The position numbers and the translations under genes were made by a program. This document shows positions 8,641 through 18,542 of a stretch of DNA of 64,000 bases, piece by piece (the first letter of the stretch is position 1; the number at the start of each line of letters is the position of its first letter). The stretch is from Syntrophales bacterium (GTDB lineage Bacteria; Desulfobacterota; Syntrophia; Syntrophales; PHBD01). Below the pieces are notes generated by a model. That model saw nothing but the letters and a program-made list of their open reading frames with translations. It searched no databases and was not told the origin of the DNA. The stretch lies in assembly GCA_963668175.1 (NCBI GenBank), contig OY764159.1, forward strand, positions 1,536,001 to 1,600,000, read 5' to 3'.

Positions 8641-10605
8641 ATGATTGATTACGAGAAGGAACTGAATCGGGAACAACTGGAAGTGGTCATGCAGGCCGGG
8701 GGGCCGCTCCTCGTCATCGCCGGGGCCGGCAGCGGCAAGACGCGCACCCTTACGTACCGCGTCGCCCGCCTCATCGAACAGGGGACAAGGCCCGATCGGG
8801 TCCTGCTTGCCACGTTTACCAACAAGGCCGCCCGGTCCATGCTGGACCGGGTCGCCTCTCTGATAGACCGTGACATCGGCCAGCTGTGGGGAGGCACGTT
8901 CCACCACATCGCCCACCGGATTCTCAGGAAACACAGCGACAAGATCGGCTACGAGAGGAATTTCTCCATCAGCGACGGCGAGGACGCCCGCCAGCTTATC
9001 GCCTCCTGCATTGCCGAAGCCAAGGTGGAGACGAAGCTGGACAAATTCCCCAAGGCCGATATCCTCGCCTCCATCTTCAGTCTGGCGGTCAACACCGAAA
9101 CGCCCCTCAAGGAGATCGTCGTCAATCGCTACCCCTACTTCTCCCATCGGAGCGACGACGTCGCCCGGGTCGAGGCCCTCTACCGCTCTCGCAAGAGTGA
9201 CCTCAACATCATGGACTTCGACGACCTGCTCCTCAACTGCCGGCGGGTTTTATCCGAATTCCCCGACGTGGCGGCCGCGTATGCCGACCGCTTCCTCCAG
9301 GTGCTTGTGGACGAGTATCAGGACACGAACATCGTCCAGGCCGAGATCGTGGACCTGATCGCCGCCCGCCACGGGAACCTCATGGCCGTCGGCGACGATT
9401 CCCAGAGCATCTATTCCTTCCGCGGCGCCCACTTCGCGAACATCATGAAGTTCCCTGAGAAGTATCCGGCCTGCCGCATCTTCAAGCTGGAGACGAACTA
9501 CCGCAGCACCCCGGAGATCCTCCACCTGGCCAATTTAAGCATCGTGAACAACGAGCAGCAGTACCCCAAGTCGCTTCGGGCCATTCGGGCGGAGGGTGTG
9601 CGGCCCGTTCTGGTGTCGGCCGGCAATGCGGCGAGACAGGCCGATTTCGTCGCCCAGCGGATCGGCGAGCTTCACCGCGGCGGCGTACCTTATAAGGAGA
9701 TCGCCGTCATGTACCGGGCCCATTACCATTCCATGGAGGTCCAGATGGAACTGGTCCGGCGGGGCATCCCCTTCCTGATCCGTTCCGGCATCCGCTTCTT
9801 CGAGCAGGCCCACGTGAAGGACGTGACGTCCTATCTCAGGATCGCCGCCAATCCCTTCGACGAACTGGCCTGGAAGCGCGTCCTCAAGCTCTACGACAAG
9901 ATCGGCGCCGTCGCCGCCGGGAAAGTCTGGAAGTTCGTCTCCGGAGTCGACGACCCGCTGGCCGCCGTCAAGACGGACAAGTTTGCGGCCTGTGCCGGCA
10001 AAACGGCCATTCCATCCTTAAAAGCCGTTGCGGAGATTCTCGATATCGTCGCGGAGGCCGCAGGCGCCGGGGCGCCTCCGGCGGAACTGATCCGGACCGT
10101 GATGGACAGGGGCTACCTGGACATCCTGCACGAGAGGCATGCCGACGCCGTGTCGCGGGAGGACGATTTGCTGCAGTTGGCCGGTTTTGCCGAGGAGTTC
10201 GAGACGCTGGACGCTTTCCTGAACGAACTTGCGCTCATGACGGACATTGCGGAGGAAGGCCGGAGCGACCGAACGGAAGACGAAGACAAGGTCGTGCTGA
10301 CGACGATCCACCAGGCGAAGGGCCTGGAGTGGCGCGTCGTCTTCATCGTCTGGTGCGCCGAGGGCATGATCCCCCTGGCTAGGGCTCTGAAAGACCCCGG
10401 CGGAGAAGAGGAGGAAAGACGCCTCTTCTACGTGGCCGCGACGCGCGCCAAGGACCAGCTTTACCTGTCCTATCCCATGGCGGATTACACCCGGGCCATG
10501 GGCCACCTGCCCCTAAGCCCGTCCCGGTTCATCCGGGAACTCGCTCACCGTCCCTCCGGGAAAGACCGGCCGTACGATGAATGGGTCGTCGAAGCTTCGT
10601 ACTAG
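8641..10605 (+). CDS. UvrD/PcrA-family ATP-dependent DNA helicase
   Basis: AGAGSGKT, TFTNKAA, VDEYQDTN, VGDDSQSIYSFRGA, NYRST, TIHQAKGLE, EERRLFYVAATRA. Confidence 0.95.
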   Translation: MIDYEKELNREQLEVVMQAGGPLLVIAGAGSGKTRTLTYRVARLIEQGTRPDRVLLATFTNKAARSMLDRVASLIDRDIGQLWGGTFHHIAHRILRKHSDKIGYERNFSISDGEDARQLIASCIAEAKVETKLDKFPKADILASIFSLAVNTETPLKEIVVNRYPYFSHRSDDVARVEALYRSRKSDLNIMDFDDLLLNCRRVLSEFPDVAAAYADRFLQVLVDEYQDTNIVQAEIVDLIAARHGNLMAVGDDSQSIYSFRGAHFANIMKFPEKYPACRIFKLETNYRSTPEILHLANLSIVNNEQQYPKSLRAIRAEGVRPVLVSAGNAARQADFVAQRIGELHRGGVPYKEIAVMYRAHYHSMEVQMELVRRGIPFLIRSGIRFFEQAHVKDVTSYLRIAANPFDELAWKRVLKLYDKIGAVAAGKVWKFVSGVDDPLAAVKTDKFAACAGKTAIPSLKAVAEILDIVAEAAGAGAPPAELIRTVMDRGYLDILHERHADAVSREDDLLQLAGFAEEFETLDAFLNELALMTDIAEEGRSDRTEDEDKVVLTTIHQAKGLEWRVVFIVWCAEGMIPLARALKDPGGEEEERRLFYVAATRAKDQLYLSYPMADYTRAMGHLPLSPSRFIRELAHRPSGKDRPYDEWVVEASY

Positions 10606-10630
10606 CAGGCCGCGCCCCCCGCATGGGAAG

Positions 10631-10654
10631 TGTTGAAAAATGCGATTTTCAACA
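10631..10654. repeat. short palindrome resembling the joined ends of the neighbouring element
   Basis: TGTTGAAAAATGCGATTTTCAACA. Confidence 0.5.
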
Positions 10655-10673
10655 GGCCATGACCCCTGCATAG

Positions 10674-10795
10674 GGGGTGTTCAAAAATGTTCAGATGTAA
10701 GGCGCGCAAAAGCCGAGGAATGAGGCATACATAGAAGTATGTCGATTGACGAGGCTTGCAGCGCAACGCGACAGGTGGACGTTTTTCAACAGCCC
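10674..10795. mobile_element. ~120-bp MITE/REP-like intergenic element with terminal inverted repeats
   Basis: Left end GGGGTGTTCAAAAATGTTCA versus reverse complement of right end GGGCTGTTGAAAAACGTCCA (16/20); non-coding, between convergent genes. Confidence 0.6.
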
Positions 10796-10796
10796 A

Positions 10797-12686
10797 TTAG
10801 AGCCACTTGTCCGATTTCAGTTTTTCTTCGTACTCGGCCCGCAGTGCAATCTGGGTCGCTTCGGCGATGTCCTCGACCCGCTTCACCCAGTCCTCGAACT
10901 TGATGTCCGCTCCGAAGACGCCGACCATCTCGTCGTTGTCGTCCATGATCGGGGCCGAGACGGTGATGCACAACGCCCCGGTCATCTTCGAGATGTAGAA
11001 ATTGGTGATGTGGATCTTCCCCGACTGCAGGGGGCGGATGAACCATTCCCGGTCGGACTGGTCGGTCCCGACGCCGTAGTTCTCGTATTTGGCCTTGTCG
11101 GCGATGTTCGTGATGTTTTTCGTGATTTTCCGGCCGTTCATGTCCACCACGTAGGCGAACTGGATGGACGGATTCTCCTCGATGATCCTCTGCATCACCG
11201 GCTCCTGGAGATCGGGCTTCATGGTCTTCATGACGGGGTCTTCGATGATGCGCTTGACCACGGTCACGGCCACCTCTGCGGCCTTGTGCTTGATCTTGTC
11301 CAGGTCGGACATGAAGAGCTCCGGCAGGAACTTCCGGACCATCCTGTCCATCTCCTCGTGGGAAATGGAGGTCATGCGGCCTTCGTCGTACTGGTCGGCA
11401 ATCCATTTGTGGATTTTGGAGACGCCGGGGTGCCTCTTGTCGACCACGTTGTCTCCGCTTAAACCGAGACGGGAGTTGATCCAGAAGGCGATGCCCGCCT
11501 TGCCCGACTTGTCCGTCACCATGGCGACGATGGGCCGTTTCAGGATCTTCGTCGTATCGAAGATATTATAAATCTCCTCGCTCTTGATCAGGCCGTCGGC
11601 ATGGACGCCCGCACGGGTCACGTTGAAATCCTCGCCCACAAAGGGATAGTTCGCGGGGATCTTCATGCCGATCTCGTCCTCAAAGTATTGCGCGATGTCG
11701 GTGATGACCGTCGTATCGATGCCGTTGGCGGAGCCGGTGAGGCCGATGTATTCGATGAGCATGCCTTCGATGGGCGGATTGCCCGTCCGCTCGCCCAAAC
11801 CCAGCAGCGTTCCATTGGCGGCGCTGCAGCCGTAAAGCCAGGCCGTCGAGGCATTGATCAGGGCCTTATGGAAGTCGTTATGGCCGTGCCATTCCAGGAG
11901 ATGACTAGGAACACAGGCGTCCTCGACGAAGGCCCGCACCAGTTTATCGACGCTGCGGGGCAGCGATGCGCCGGGATAGGTGACGCCGTAGCCCATGGTG
12001 TCGCAGAGCCGTATCTTGATGTCGATGCCGCTTTCTTCCCGGAGCTTCATGAGCTCGAGAGCGAAGGGGATACAGAAACCGTAGATGTCGGCCCTGGTGA
12101 TGTCTTCGAAGTGGCACCGGGGTTTGATGCCCGCCTCCAGAATCGATTTGACGATGCCCAGGTAGTCGTCCATGGCCTTGCGCCGGGTACTGTTGAGCTT
12201 GAGGAAAATATGGTAATCCGACACGGACGTGAGGATTCCCGTCTCTTTGAGGCCCGCGGCCTTCACCAGCGGAATGTCCTCCTTGGCCGCCCTGATCCAG
12301 CCCGTGATCTCCGGGAAGGGGAGGCCCAGGGCCTGGCATTTCTCCACGGCCTCGCGGTCCTTGCCGCTGTAAAGGAAGAATTCGGACTGGCGGATGACCC
12401 CGTTGGGGCCGCCCAGTTTGCTCATGAACCTGTAAAGATCGACGATCTGCTTGACCGTGTACGGCGGCCGCGCCTGCTGGCCGTCTCGGAACGTCGTGTC
12501 CGTAATGAAGATGTCTTCCGGCGGGTTGATCGGAATGATCTTATGGTCGAAATCGATCTTACAGACTTCGTCGTAAGGAAAAACCTCCTTCAGGAGATTC
12601 GGTTCTTCGAGATCGCGGAGCTCGAAGCGCCAGAACTTTGAATGAACGTGATCCAGAACCCTTCTGTCTTTGTTCCACCGTGCCAT
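10797..12686 (-). CDS. Re-citrate synthase-like DRE-TIM metallolyase with C-terminal Cache/PDC-like domain
   Basis: DTTFRDGQQ, HFEDITRAD, CDTMG, EWHGHNDF, GERTGN, AGVHADG; closely resembles the Syntrophus Re-citrate synthase as I recall it; C-terminal DQSDREWF...YISKMTG..CITVSAPI...GVFGADI. Confidence 0.8.
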   Translation of the reverse strand: MARWNKDRRVLDHVHSKFWRFELRDLEEPNLLKEVFPYDEVCKIDFDHKIIPINPPEDIFITDTTFRDGQQARPPYTVKQIVDLYRFMSKLGGPNGVIRQSEFFLYSGKDREAVEKCQALGLPFPEITGWIRAAKEDIPLVKAAGLKETGILTSVSDYHIFLKLNSTRRKAMDDYLGIVKSILEAGIKPRCHFEDITRADIYGFCIPFALELMKLREESGIDIKIRLCDTMGYGVTYPGASLPRSVDKLVRAFVEDACVPSHLLEWHGHNDFHKALINASTAWLYGCSAANGTLLGLGERTGNPPIEGMLIEYIGLTGSANGIDTTVITDIAQYFEDEIGMKIPANYPFVGEDFNVTRAGVHADGLIKSEEIYNIFDTTKILKRPIVAMVTDKSGKAGIAFWINSRLGLSGDNVVDKRHPGVSKIHKWIADQYDEGRMTSISHEEMDRMVRKFLPELFMSDLDKIKHKAAEVAVTVVKRIIEDPVMKTMKPDLQEPVMQRIIEENPSIQFAYVVDMNGRKITKNITNIADKAKYENYGVGTDQSDREWFIRPLQSGKIHITNFYISKMTGALCITVSAPIMDDNDEMVGVFGADIKFEDWVKRVEDIAEATQIALRAEYEEKLKSDKWL

Positions 12687-12752
12687 TTTTGTCTTGCTCC
12701 CTCTTTTTTAACGTCGTTTCCTCCGGGACGAGATACCCGGTCTCTATGCGTC

Positions 12753-14531
12753 CTACTGGACGATCTTTAAGGATAGTTCCATGAGTTGCTCGATGCCCAC
12801 GGTCGAAGGCGCATCCGTCAGGAGGCAGGTGGCCTTCTGCGTCTTCGGGAACGCGATAACGTCCCGGATCGAATCGGTGCCGGTCATCAGCATGATCATC
12901 CGGTCGAAGCCGAAGGCCAGGCCGCCGTGCGGCGGCGTTCCGTATTCGAGGGCGTCGAGAAGGAATCCGAATTTGGTGCGGGCCTCTTCCTGCGAAAGCC
13001 CCAGGGCCTCGAATATCTGGGCCTGGACATGCTGCTGATGGATACGGATGCTGCCGCCGCCGATCTCGGAGCCATTGAGGACCAGGTCGTAGGCCCGGGC
13101 CCGGACTTTTCCGGGATCCGTTTTGAGATACGGCAGGTCTTCCATCACCGGCGACGTAAACGGATGATGCGTCGAGACGAAACGCTTCTCCGATTCGCTG
13201 TATTCCATGAGCGGGAATTCCGTCACCCACGTGAAGGCAAACTGTCCCGGGGCGACCAGGCCCAGTTTTTTGGCCAGATGCAGGCGCAGGTTGCCCAACG
13301 CGTCGTGGACGACGCGGGGGCTGTCGGCGCAGAAGAGAATCAGGTCCCCTTCCTTCGCTTCCATGACCGTTTCGATACCCTTCACCTCTTCGGGCTTCAG
13401 GAATTTGTAAATAGGGGACGTCCAGCCGTCGGGGTTCACCCTGGCCCAGGCCAGGCCTTTCGCCCCGTAGACGGCGACGAAATCCCGGAGTTCATCGAGG
13501 TCTTTCCGGGAGAGGCGTTTGCCGTCCTCGACCTTGATGCATTTGATCATGCCGCCCGCCTGCGTGACTTCCTGGAAGAGGTTGAAGTTCGAGTTCCTCA
13601 CGCAATCGGTGATGTCCCGCAGTTCCAGGCCGAAACGCACATCCGGGGCGTCCTTGCCGTAGCGGTTCATGGCGTCGTGATAGGGAATCCTGGGGAAGGG
13701 CACCGTAAGCTCGATGCCGAGACAGGCCTTCCAGACATGGGCCATGAAACCCTCCATGATCCGGATGATGTCGTTCTCGTCGATGAAGGACATTTCGAGG
13801 TCGATCTGGGTGAATTCCGGCTGGCGGTCGGCCCGCAGGTCCTCGTCGCGGAAACATTTCGCAATCTGGTAGTAGCGGTCGAAGCCGGAAACCATGAGGA
13901 GCTGCTTGAATATCTGCGGCGACTGGGGGAGCGCATAGAACATCCCCTGGTTGACGCGGCTGGGCACCAGGTAGTCCCTGGCCCCTTCGGGCGTGCTCTT
14001 CGTGAGAATGGGGGTTTCGACCTCGATGAAGCCGTTGTCCCGGAAGTAAAATCTCGTTTCCGCCGCCACCTGGCTCCGCAGGAGCAGGTTCTTCTGGATT
14101 TCGGGCCGGCGGAGATCGAGATAGCGGTATTTCAGGCGCACGTTCTCCGAGATGTCCGCCTCCACGTCGAGCACGAAGGGCGGCGTCTTCGCTTCGTTCA
14201 GGATATCGAGTTCATGGACCATGACTTCGATGTCGCCGCTTTTGAGGTCCGGGTTCTCCATGCCTTCAGGCCGGCGGCGGACCGTGCCGGCGACGGCCAG
14301 CACATACTCGCTTCTGATCCGGTGGGCCTCCTTGTGGGCCGCAGGTGCATTTTCCGGGTTGAAGACGACCTGCACGAGACCCTCCCGGTCCCGGAGATCG
14401 ACGAAAATGACGCCGCCGTGGTCGCGCCTCCGGTGCGTCCAGCCCATGAGGACGACTTCCTTGCCGATATCGTCCTTACCGACATTCCCGCAGTAGTGGG
14501 TTCTCTTTTTGGTCGTTATGAAATCAGTCAA
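12753..14531 (-). CDS. aspS: aspartate-tRNA ligase, probably non-discriminating (Asp/Asn)
   Basis: [43 protein letters not shown] and RPEG are features of non-discriminating AspRS. Confidence 0.95.
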   Translation of the reverse strand: MTDFITTKKRTHYCGNVGKDDIGKEVVLMGWTHRRRDHGGVIFVDLRDREGLVQVVFNPENAPAAHKEAHRIRSEYVLAVAGTVRRRPEGMENPDLKSGDIEVMVHELDILNEAKTPPFVLDVEADISENVRLKYRYLDLRRPEIQKNLLLRSQVAAETRFYFRDNGFIEVETPILTKSTPEGARDYLVPSRVNQGMFYALPQSPQIFKQLLMVSGFDRYYQIAKCFRDEDLRADRQPEFTQIDLEMSFIDENDIIRIMEGFMAHVWKACLGIELTVPFPRIPYHDAMNRYGKDAPDVRFGLELRDITDCVRNSNFNLFQEVTQAGGMIKCIKVEDGKRLSRKDLDELRDFVAVYGAKGLAWARVNPDGWTSPIYKFLKPEEVKGIETVMEAKEGDLILFCADSPRVVHDALGNLRLHLAKKLGLVAPGQFAFTWVTEFPLMEYSESEKRFVSTHHPFTSPVMEDLPYLKTDPGKVRARAYDLVLNGSEIGGGSIRIHQQHVQAQIFEALGLSQEEARTKFGFLLDALEYGTPPHGGLAFGFDRMIMLMTGTDSIRDVIAFPKTQKATCLLTDAPSTVGIEQLMELSLKIVQ

Positions 14532-15810
14532 GTGGCTTTTCTCCTTTGATCACTTTCTTGATGTGTACGATTTGATGAAAGCCGACGGGCGCCTGCCTGC
14601 TTTCCTGCATGTCACGGAGCGTCGCCTGGTTGTTGGCGATCTCCTGGTCCCCGATGATCATCGTGTACCGGCACTTCAATTTGTCGGCCCGCTTCATCTG
14701 GCTCTTCAGGCTCTTGCCCGCGTAATCCATTTCGGTCCGGATGCCCTCCAGCCTCAGTTTGTTGCAGAGCGCGAAGGCCATCCCCTGCGCCTCTTCGCCC
14801 ATGGCGGCGATGAAGAGGTCGGGACGGCCGTGGCGGCAGCGGCAATCCTCGTCGTGGGCCTGCATCAGGGCGACCAAACGCTCGAAGCCGATGGCGAATC
14901 CGATGCCGGGGGTATCGGGGCCGCCCAGGTCCTTGACGAGTCCGTCGTAACGCCCTCCTCCGGCGACGGCGTTCTGCGCCCCCAGAAGCTCCGTCGTGAC
15001 CTCGAAGGCCGTTTTCGTATAGTAGTCGAGGCCGCGGACCATCCGCGGATTGACCTCGTAGGGCATGTTGAAAATCGTCAGGGCTTCCCTGAACCTGTCA
15101 AAATGATCCCGGCAGGCGCCGCACAGCGCATCCAGGACTACGGGGGCGGAGGTCATGATCTCCCGGCAGGTCTCGACCTTGCAGTCGAAGATGCGCAGGG
15201 GGTTCGTCTGCATCCGCCGGGTGCAGTCCGGGCAGAAGCCCTCTTCCTTTCCCCGGACGAAGTCGGTGATCATCTTCCGGAAGACCGGGCGGCACTCCTT
15301 GCAGCCGAGGGAGTTGATCTCCAGCTTCGGGCCCGCAAGCCCCACGGCGGTGAGGAAATGCATCAGCATAAGGATCAGCTCGGCGTCGATGCGGGGATCG
15401 TCGATGCCGAGTATCTCGGCGTCGATCTGGTGAAACTGCCGGTAGCGCCCCTTCTGGGGCCGCTCGCGCCGGAACATGGGCCCGAACGTGTAGAGTTTGG
15501 TTACGGCGTCCTCGGCGTGCAGGCTGTGTTCGATATAGGATCGGATGACCCCTGCGGTCGCCTCGGGGCGCAGCGTCAGGTAGTCGTCGCCCCGGTCGAG
15601 AAACGTGTACATCTCCTTCTCGACGATGTCCGTCGCTTCCCCGATGCCGCGCTTGAAGAGGTCCGTTTTCTCGACGATGGGGATGCGGATTTCATTGAAG
15701 CCGAAGGCAGAAAAGACCTGCCTCGCCGTCTCTTCGACCATCTGCCATTGGCCCGTTTCCCTGGGGAGGATGTCCTTGAATCCCCTGATGGCGTTGATCG
15801 TCTCCTTCAT
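14524..15810 (-). CDS. hisS: histidine-tRNA ligase
   Basis: [38 protein letters not shown]; overlaps the aspS start. Confidence 0.96.
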   Translation of the reverse strand: MKETINAIRGFKDILPRETGQWQMVEETARQVFSAFGFNEIRIPIVEKTDLFKRGIGEATDIVEKEMYTFLDRGDDYLTLRPEATAGVIRSYIEHSLHAEDAVTKLYTFGPMFRRERPQKGRYRQFHQIDAEILGIDDPRIDAELILMLMHFLTAVGLAGPKLEINSLGCKECRPVFRKMITDFVRGKEEGFCPDCTRRMQTNPLRIFDCKVETCREIMTSAPVVLDALCGACRDHFDRFREALTIFNMPYEVNPRMVRGLDYYTKTAFEVTTELLGAQNAVAGGGRYDGLVKDLGGPDTPGIGFAIGFERLVALMQAHDEDCRCRHGRPDLFIAAMGEEAQGMAFALCNKLRLEGIRTEMDYAGKSLKSQMKRADKLKCRYTMIIGDQEIANNQATLRDMQESRQAPVGFHQIVHIKKVIKGEKPLD

Positions 15811-15959
15811 GCCACGTCACCGGTACGGAAAAATGATGCCGCCTTTCTGTTCAATGCCCTGGTCCACCTCTAAAAAAGGGTAAATTAAAGCAGAAACCTT
15901 TAGCACAATCGGCCGGCCGGCGCAACAGAAAGATAGGAAAGCGGAACGCAGACGAAAAA

Positions 15960-18443
15960 TCAAGGGATATAGGTCGATACGAAACACTTTTTGCCGTCGG
16001 AAGTGACCGTAATGGCTCCGTGAATGTCTGTCCGGTACAATTTTGTGCCAGCGGCCCGAATCCGGCCGACGACGTCGGGATGAGGAAAGCCGAAGACGTT
16101 CTCCTTCCCGCAGCTCACGACGGCCGCCTCCGGCCGGACCGCCGCCAGGAAGGCCGCCGTCGAGGCATGGCCGGAGCCGTGATGGGGGACAAGGAGGATG
16201 TTGCTGGCAACCGTGCCTCCTGCCCGGACGATTCTCTCCTCCTCCGTGCCGGAGATGTCAGCCGTGAAAAGAAGGAAGGTATCCCCGTAAGCTATCCTCA
16301 ACACGAGCGAATCGGCATTGGCGGAGACGTATTCGTCCCGATCTTCCCCTGTCGCGGGCGTTTCCGGATTGAGGAAGCGGATCGAGACGCCGTCGATGTC
16401 CACCGGAGGCGTCCGGGCCGATACGATCCGGTGCCTGATCCCTTTGGCGGCGATGACCGCCTTCATGCGGAGGTAGTCGTCTGTCCGCGCCTCCTCGCCG
16501 TTGCTCCAGAGTTCATCGACCTGGAGATGGCCGAGGATGTGGATCAGGCCCTGAAGGTGGTCCGGATGGGGATGGGTGAGGATGACGATATCGACCTTCC
16601 TGACCCTTTCCTGACCTAGATAGGGCGCCAGGACGTTTTTTCCCATGTCGAAGGTGCTGCCCGGGGCGCCGCCGCCGTCGATCAACATCTTCTTGCCGTG
16701 CGGGAACCGGATGAAAGCGGCATTGCCCTGGCCGACGTCCAAAAAGGTCACTGTCAGGTTGCCGGGGTGCCTGTCCCGGACATAAAGACGGATGCCGTCG
16801 GCGGCAAAGAGCGCAAGACAGAAGACGGCCGCAGCGGCAGACCAACGCCGTCTGCGGACGAGGTCGGCGGGCGGCTTGTCGCCGGGACGGACCGTTTCCA
16901 TGAAACGCAGGATGGCGTAAAGGAGGAAGTAGTAGAGCAGCATTTCGAAAAGCGACGGTGTGCCGACCGTCAAAGACGACCATCCCGGCTCTGCAAAGCA
17001 TTTCGTAATCTTAAGCGATACGTCTACGAGAAAGGTTGCCGCCTGTATCAGAAGGACCGCCGCCCATGTCGAGAAGGGGGCCGCGATCATGATCGCCGTG
17101 CAGACGGGGATTGCCAGGATGCCCAGGATCGGTCCCACCACGAGATTGGCGGGGAGGACGACGGTGGAGATGCGGTTGAAATAGAAGGCGATCAAGGGGA
17201 GTGTCCCGGCCGTGGCGCTCACGGTGACGATGAGAAAGAGCAAAACGCCGCGCAGGGCCTTACGCCAGGGGGAAGGTCTCGACGACCCCTCCGCCGCGGG
17301 CGCGGGGAGGAAACGGGACAGGACAGGTGCGATGGCGAGGATGGCGCCGACCGCGATAAAAGAGAGCTGGAAGGAGACGTCGAAGAGGGAATAGGGGGCG
17401 ACGGCGAGGATGACGAAGGCGGCGACAGCGAGCGTGTTGAACATGTCCCGCCGCCGGCCGATCAGGAGGGCGACCAGGAAGACGACGATCATAAGGGTGG
17501 CCCGCACGACCGAGATACCGGCGCCCGCGGCATAGGTGAAGAGAACGATGGGGACGGCCGTCGCCGCCAGGGCGACTTTATTCATGTCGAATCTCAGCAT
17601 GAGATAGACTGAGCGCTTCATTGCACCGCGGATCAGGAAGACGATGAAGGCGGAGATGATACCGATGTTGAACCCCGAGATGGCGATGATGTGGGAGGTG
17701 CCGGTGCGGTTGAATATCTCCATCGTCTCCTGGGGGATCTCCTTCTGGTTGCCGAGGATGGAGGCCTGGATGATCTGGGCATGGGGGGAAGGCGCATGGT
17801 CGGCGATCAGGGTCTTGAGATCGGTGCGGAAGGTCTCCAGGCGCGTCCTCAAAGGGTTCCCCTGACCCTTCCGCAGGACGACCAGGTCCGCGGCGCCTGC
17901 CGTGTACCCTCGGACCGGCGTCTCCCGGAAGAGGTATCGCTTTTCGATGTCGCCGCCCCCGGGATTGTTGAAGTTATGGGGGAAGCGGAGCCTGGTCCGG
18001 AACCGTATCACGTCCCCGTAGGCAAGTTCGGGATGGCCCTTGACCGTAAGCCAGACATTGCCGCGGACGGGCAGCGCCGCCCCGTCCCGGATGACCTGGA
18101 AGGCAGCCACTTTCATTTCCATTTTTTCCGGCTGCTGCACCTGGGGGTTGTCCAGAACGATCCCGTCTATCAGGACCTTGTCCCTGCCGGCGAACGCGCT
18201 GATATGGCTTGCGTCTGTTTCCGGGTAGAGATAAGGATTGACGGCTAGGACGCCGATGACGGCCAGGGCGGGCAGCGACAGGGGCATGATCCATTCGCGC
18301 TGCTTACGGAGCACTGCCGCAGCAAGAAAAACGAGCATGACGGCCAGGATGGTCCACAGGACCGGGTCGGGAATACGGAACCGGTACCCGGTCAGGATTC
18401 CCGCCATCAGAGCCAGCACCAATGGGATAAAGGGTCGTTGCAT
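15960..18443 (-). CDS. comEC: DNA internalisation competence protein ComEC/Rec2
   Basis: GTSHIIAISGFN, SFQLSF, LDVGQGNA, THPHPDH, VPHHGS, FGFPHP, YRTD..GAI; many transmembrane helices. Confidence 0.93.
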   Translation of the reverse strand: MQRPFIPLVLALMAGILTGYRFRIPDPVLWTILAVMLVFLAAAVLRKQREWIMPLSLPALAVIGVLAVNPYLYPETDASHISAFAGRDKVLIDGIVLDNPQVQQPEKMEMKVAAFQVIRDGAALPVRGNVWLTVKGHPELAYGDVIRFRTRLRFPHNFNNPGGGDIEKRYLFRETPVRGYTAGAADLVVLRKGQGNPLRTRLETFRTDLKTLIADHAPSPHAQIIQASILGNQKEIPQETMEIFNRTGTSHIIAISGFNIGIISAFIVFLIRGAMKRSVYLMLRFDMNKVALAATAVPIVLFTYAAGAGISVVRATLMIVVFLVALLIGRRRDMFNTLAVAAFVILAVAPYSLFDVSFQLSFIAVGAILAIAPVLSRFLPAPAAEGSSRPSPWRKALRGVLLFLIVTVSATAGTLPLIAFYFNRISTVVLPANLVVGPILGILAIPVCTAIMIAAPFSTWAAVLLIQAATFLVDVSLKITKCFAEPGWSSLTVGTPSLFEMLLYYFLLYAILRFMETVRPGDKPPADLVRRRRWSAAAAVFCLALFAADGIRLYVRDRHPGNLTVTFLDVGQGNAAFIRFPHGKKMLIDGGGAPGSTFDMGKNVLAPYLGQERVRKVDIVILTHPHPDHLQGLIHILGHLQVDELWSNGEEARTDDYLRMKAVIAAKGIRHRIVSARTPPVDIDGVSIRFLNPETPATGEDRDEYVSANADSLVLRIAYGDTFLLFTADISGTEEERIVRAGGTVASNILLVPHHGSGHASTAAFLAAVRPEAAVVSCGKENVFGFPHPDVVGRIRAAGTKLYRTDIHGAITVTSDGKKCFVSTYIP

Positions 18444-18542
18444 GGGGAGCGTCGGCCGAAAAAAATGAGTGCGTTTTTGTTTATATCTTTGTAATATATC
18501 CTATTCGTAAAATGATAAAGCAAAATGATTGGATGATAACGG

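Noticed and set aside
10797..12686. Annotation as leuA or homocitrate synthase
   Set aside because: RDGQQ and HFEDITRAD motifs and the lack of a LeuA regulatory domain fit the Re-citrate synthase subgroup better
12786..14549. Long antisense ORFs (also 14509-15873, 18744-20645, 47839-49971, 53114-54712, 61705-63672 and others)
   Set aside because: Shadows of well-supported genes caused by high-GC codon bias; no motifs recognised
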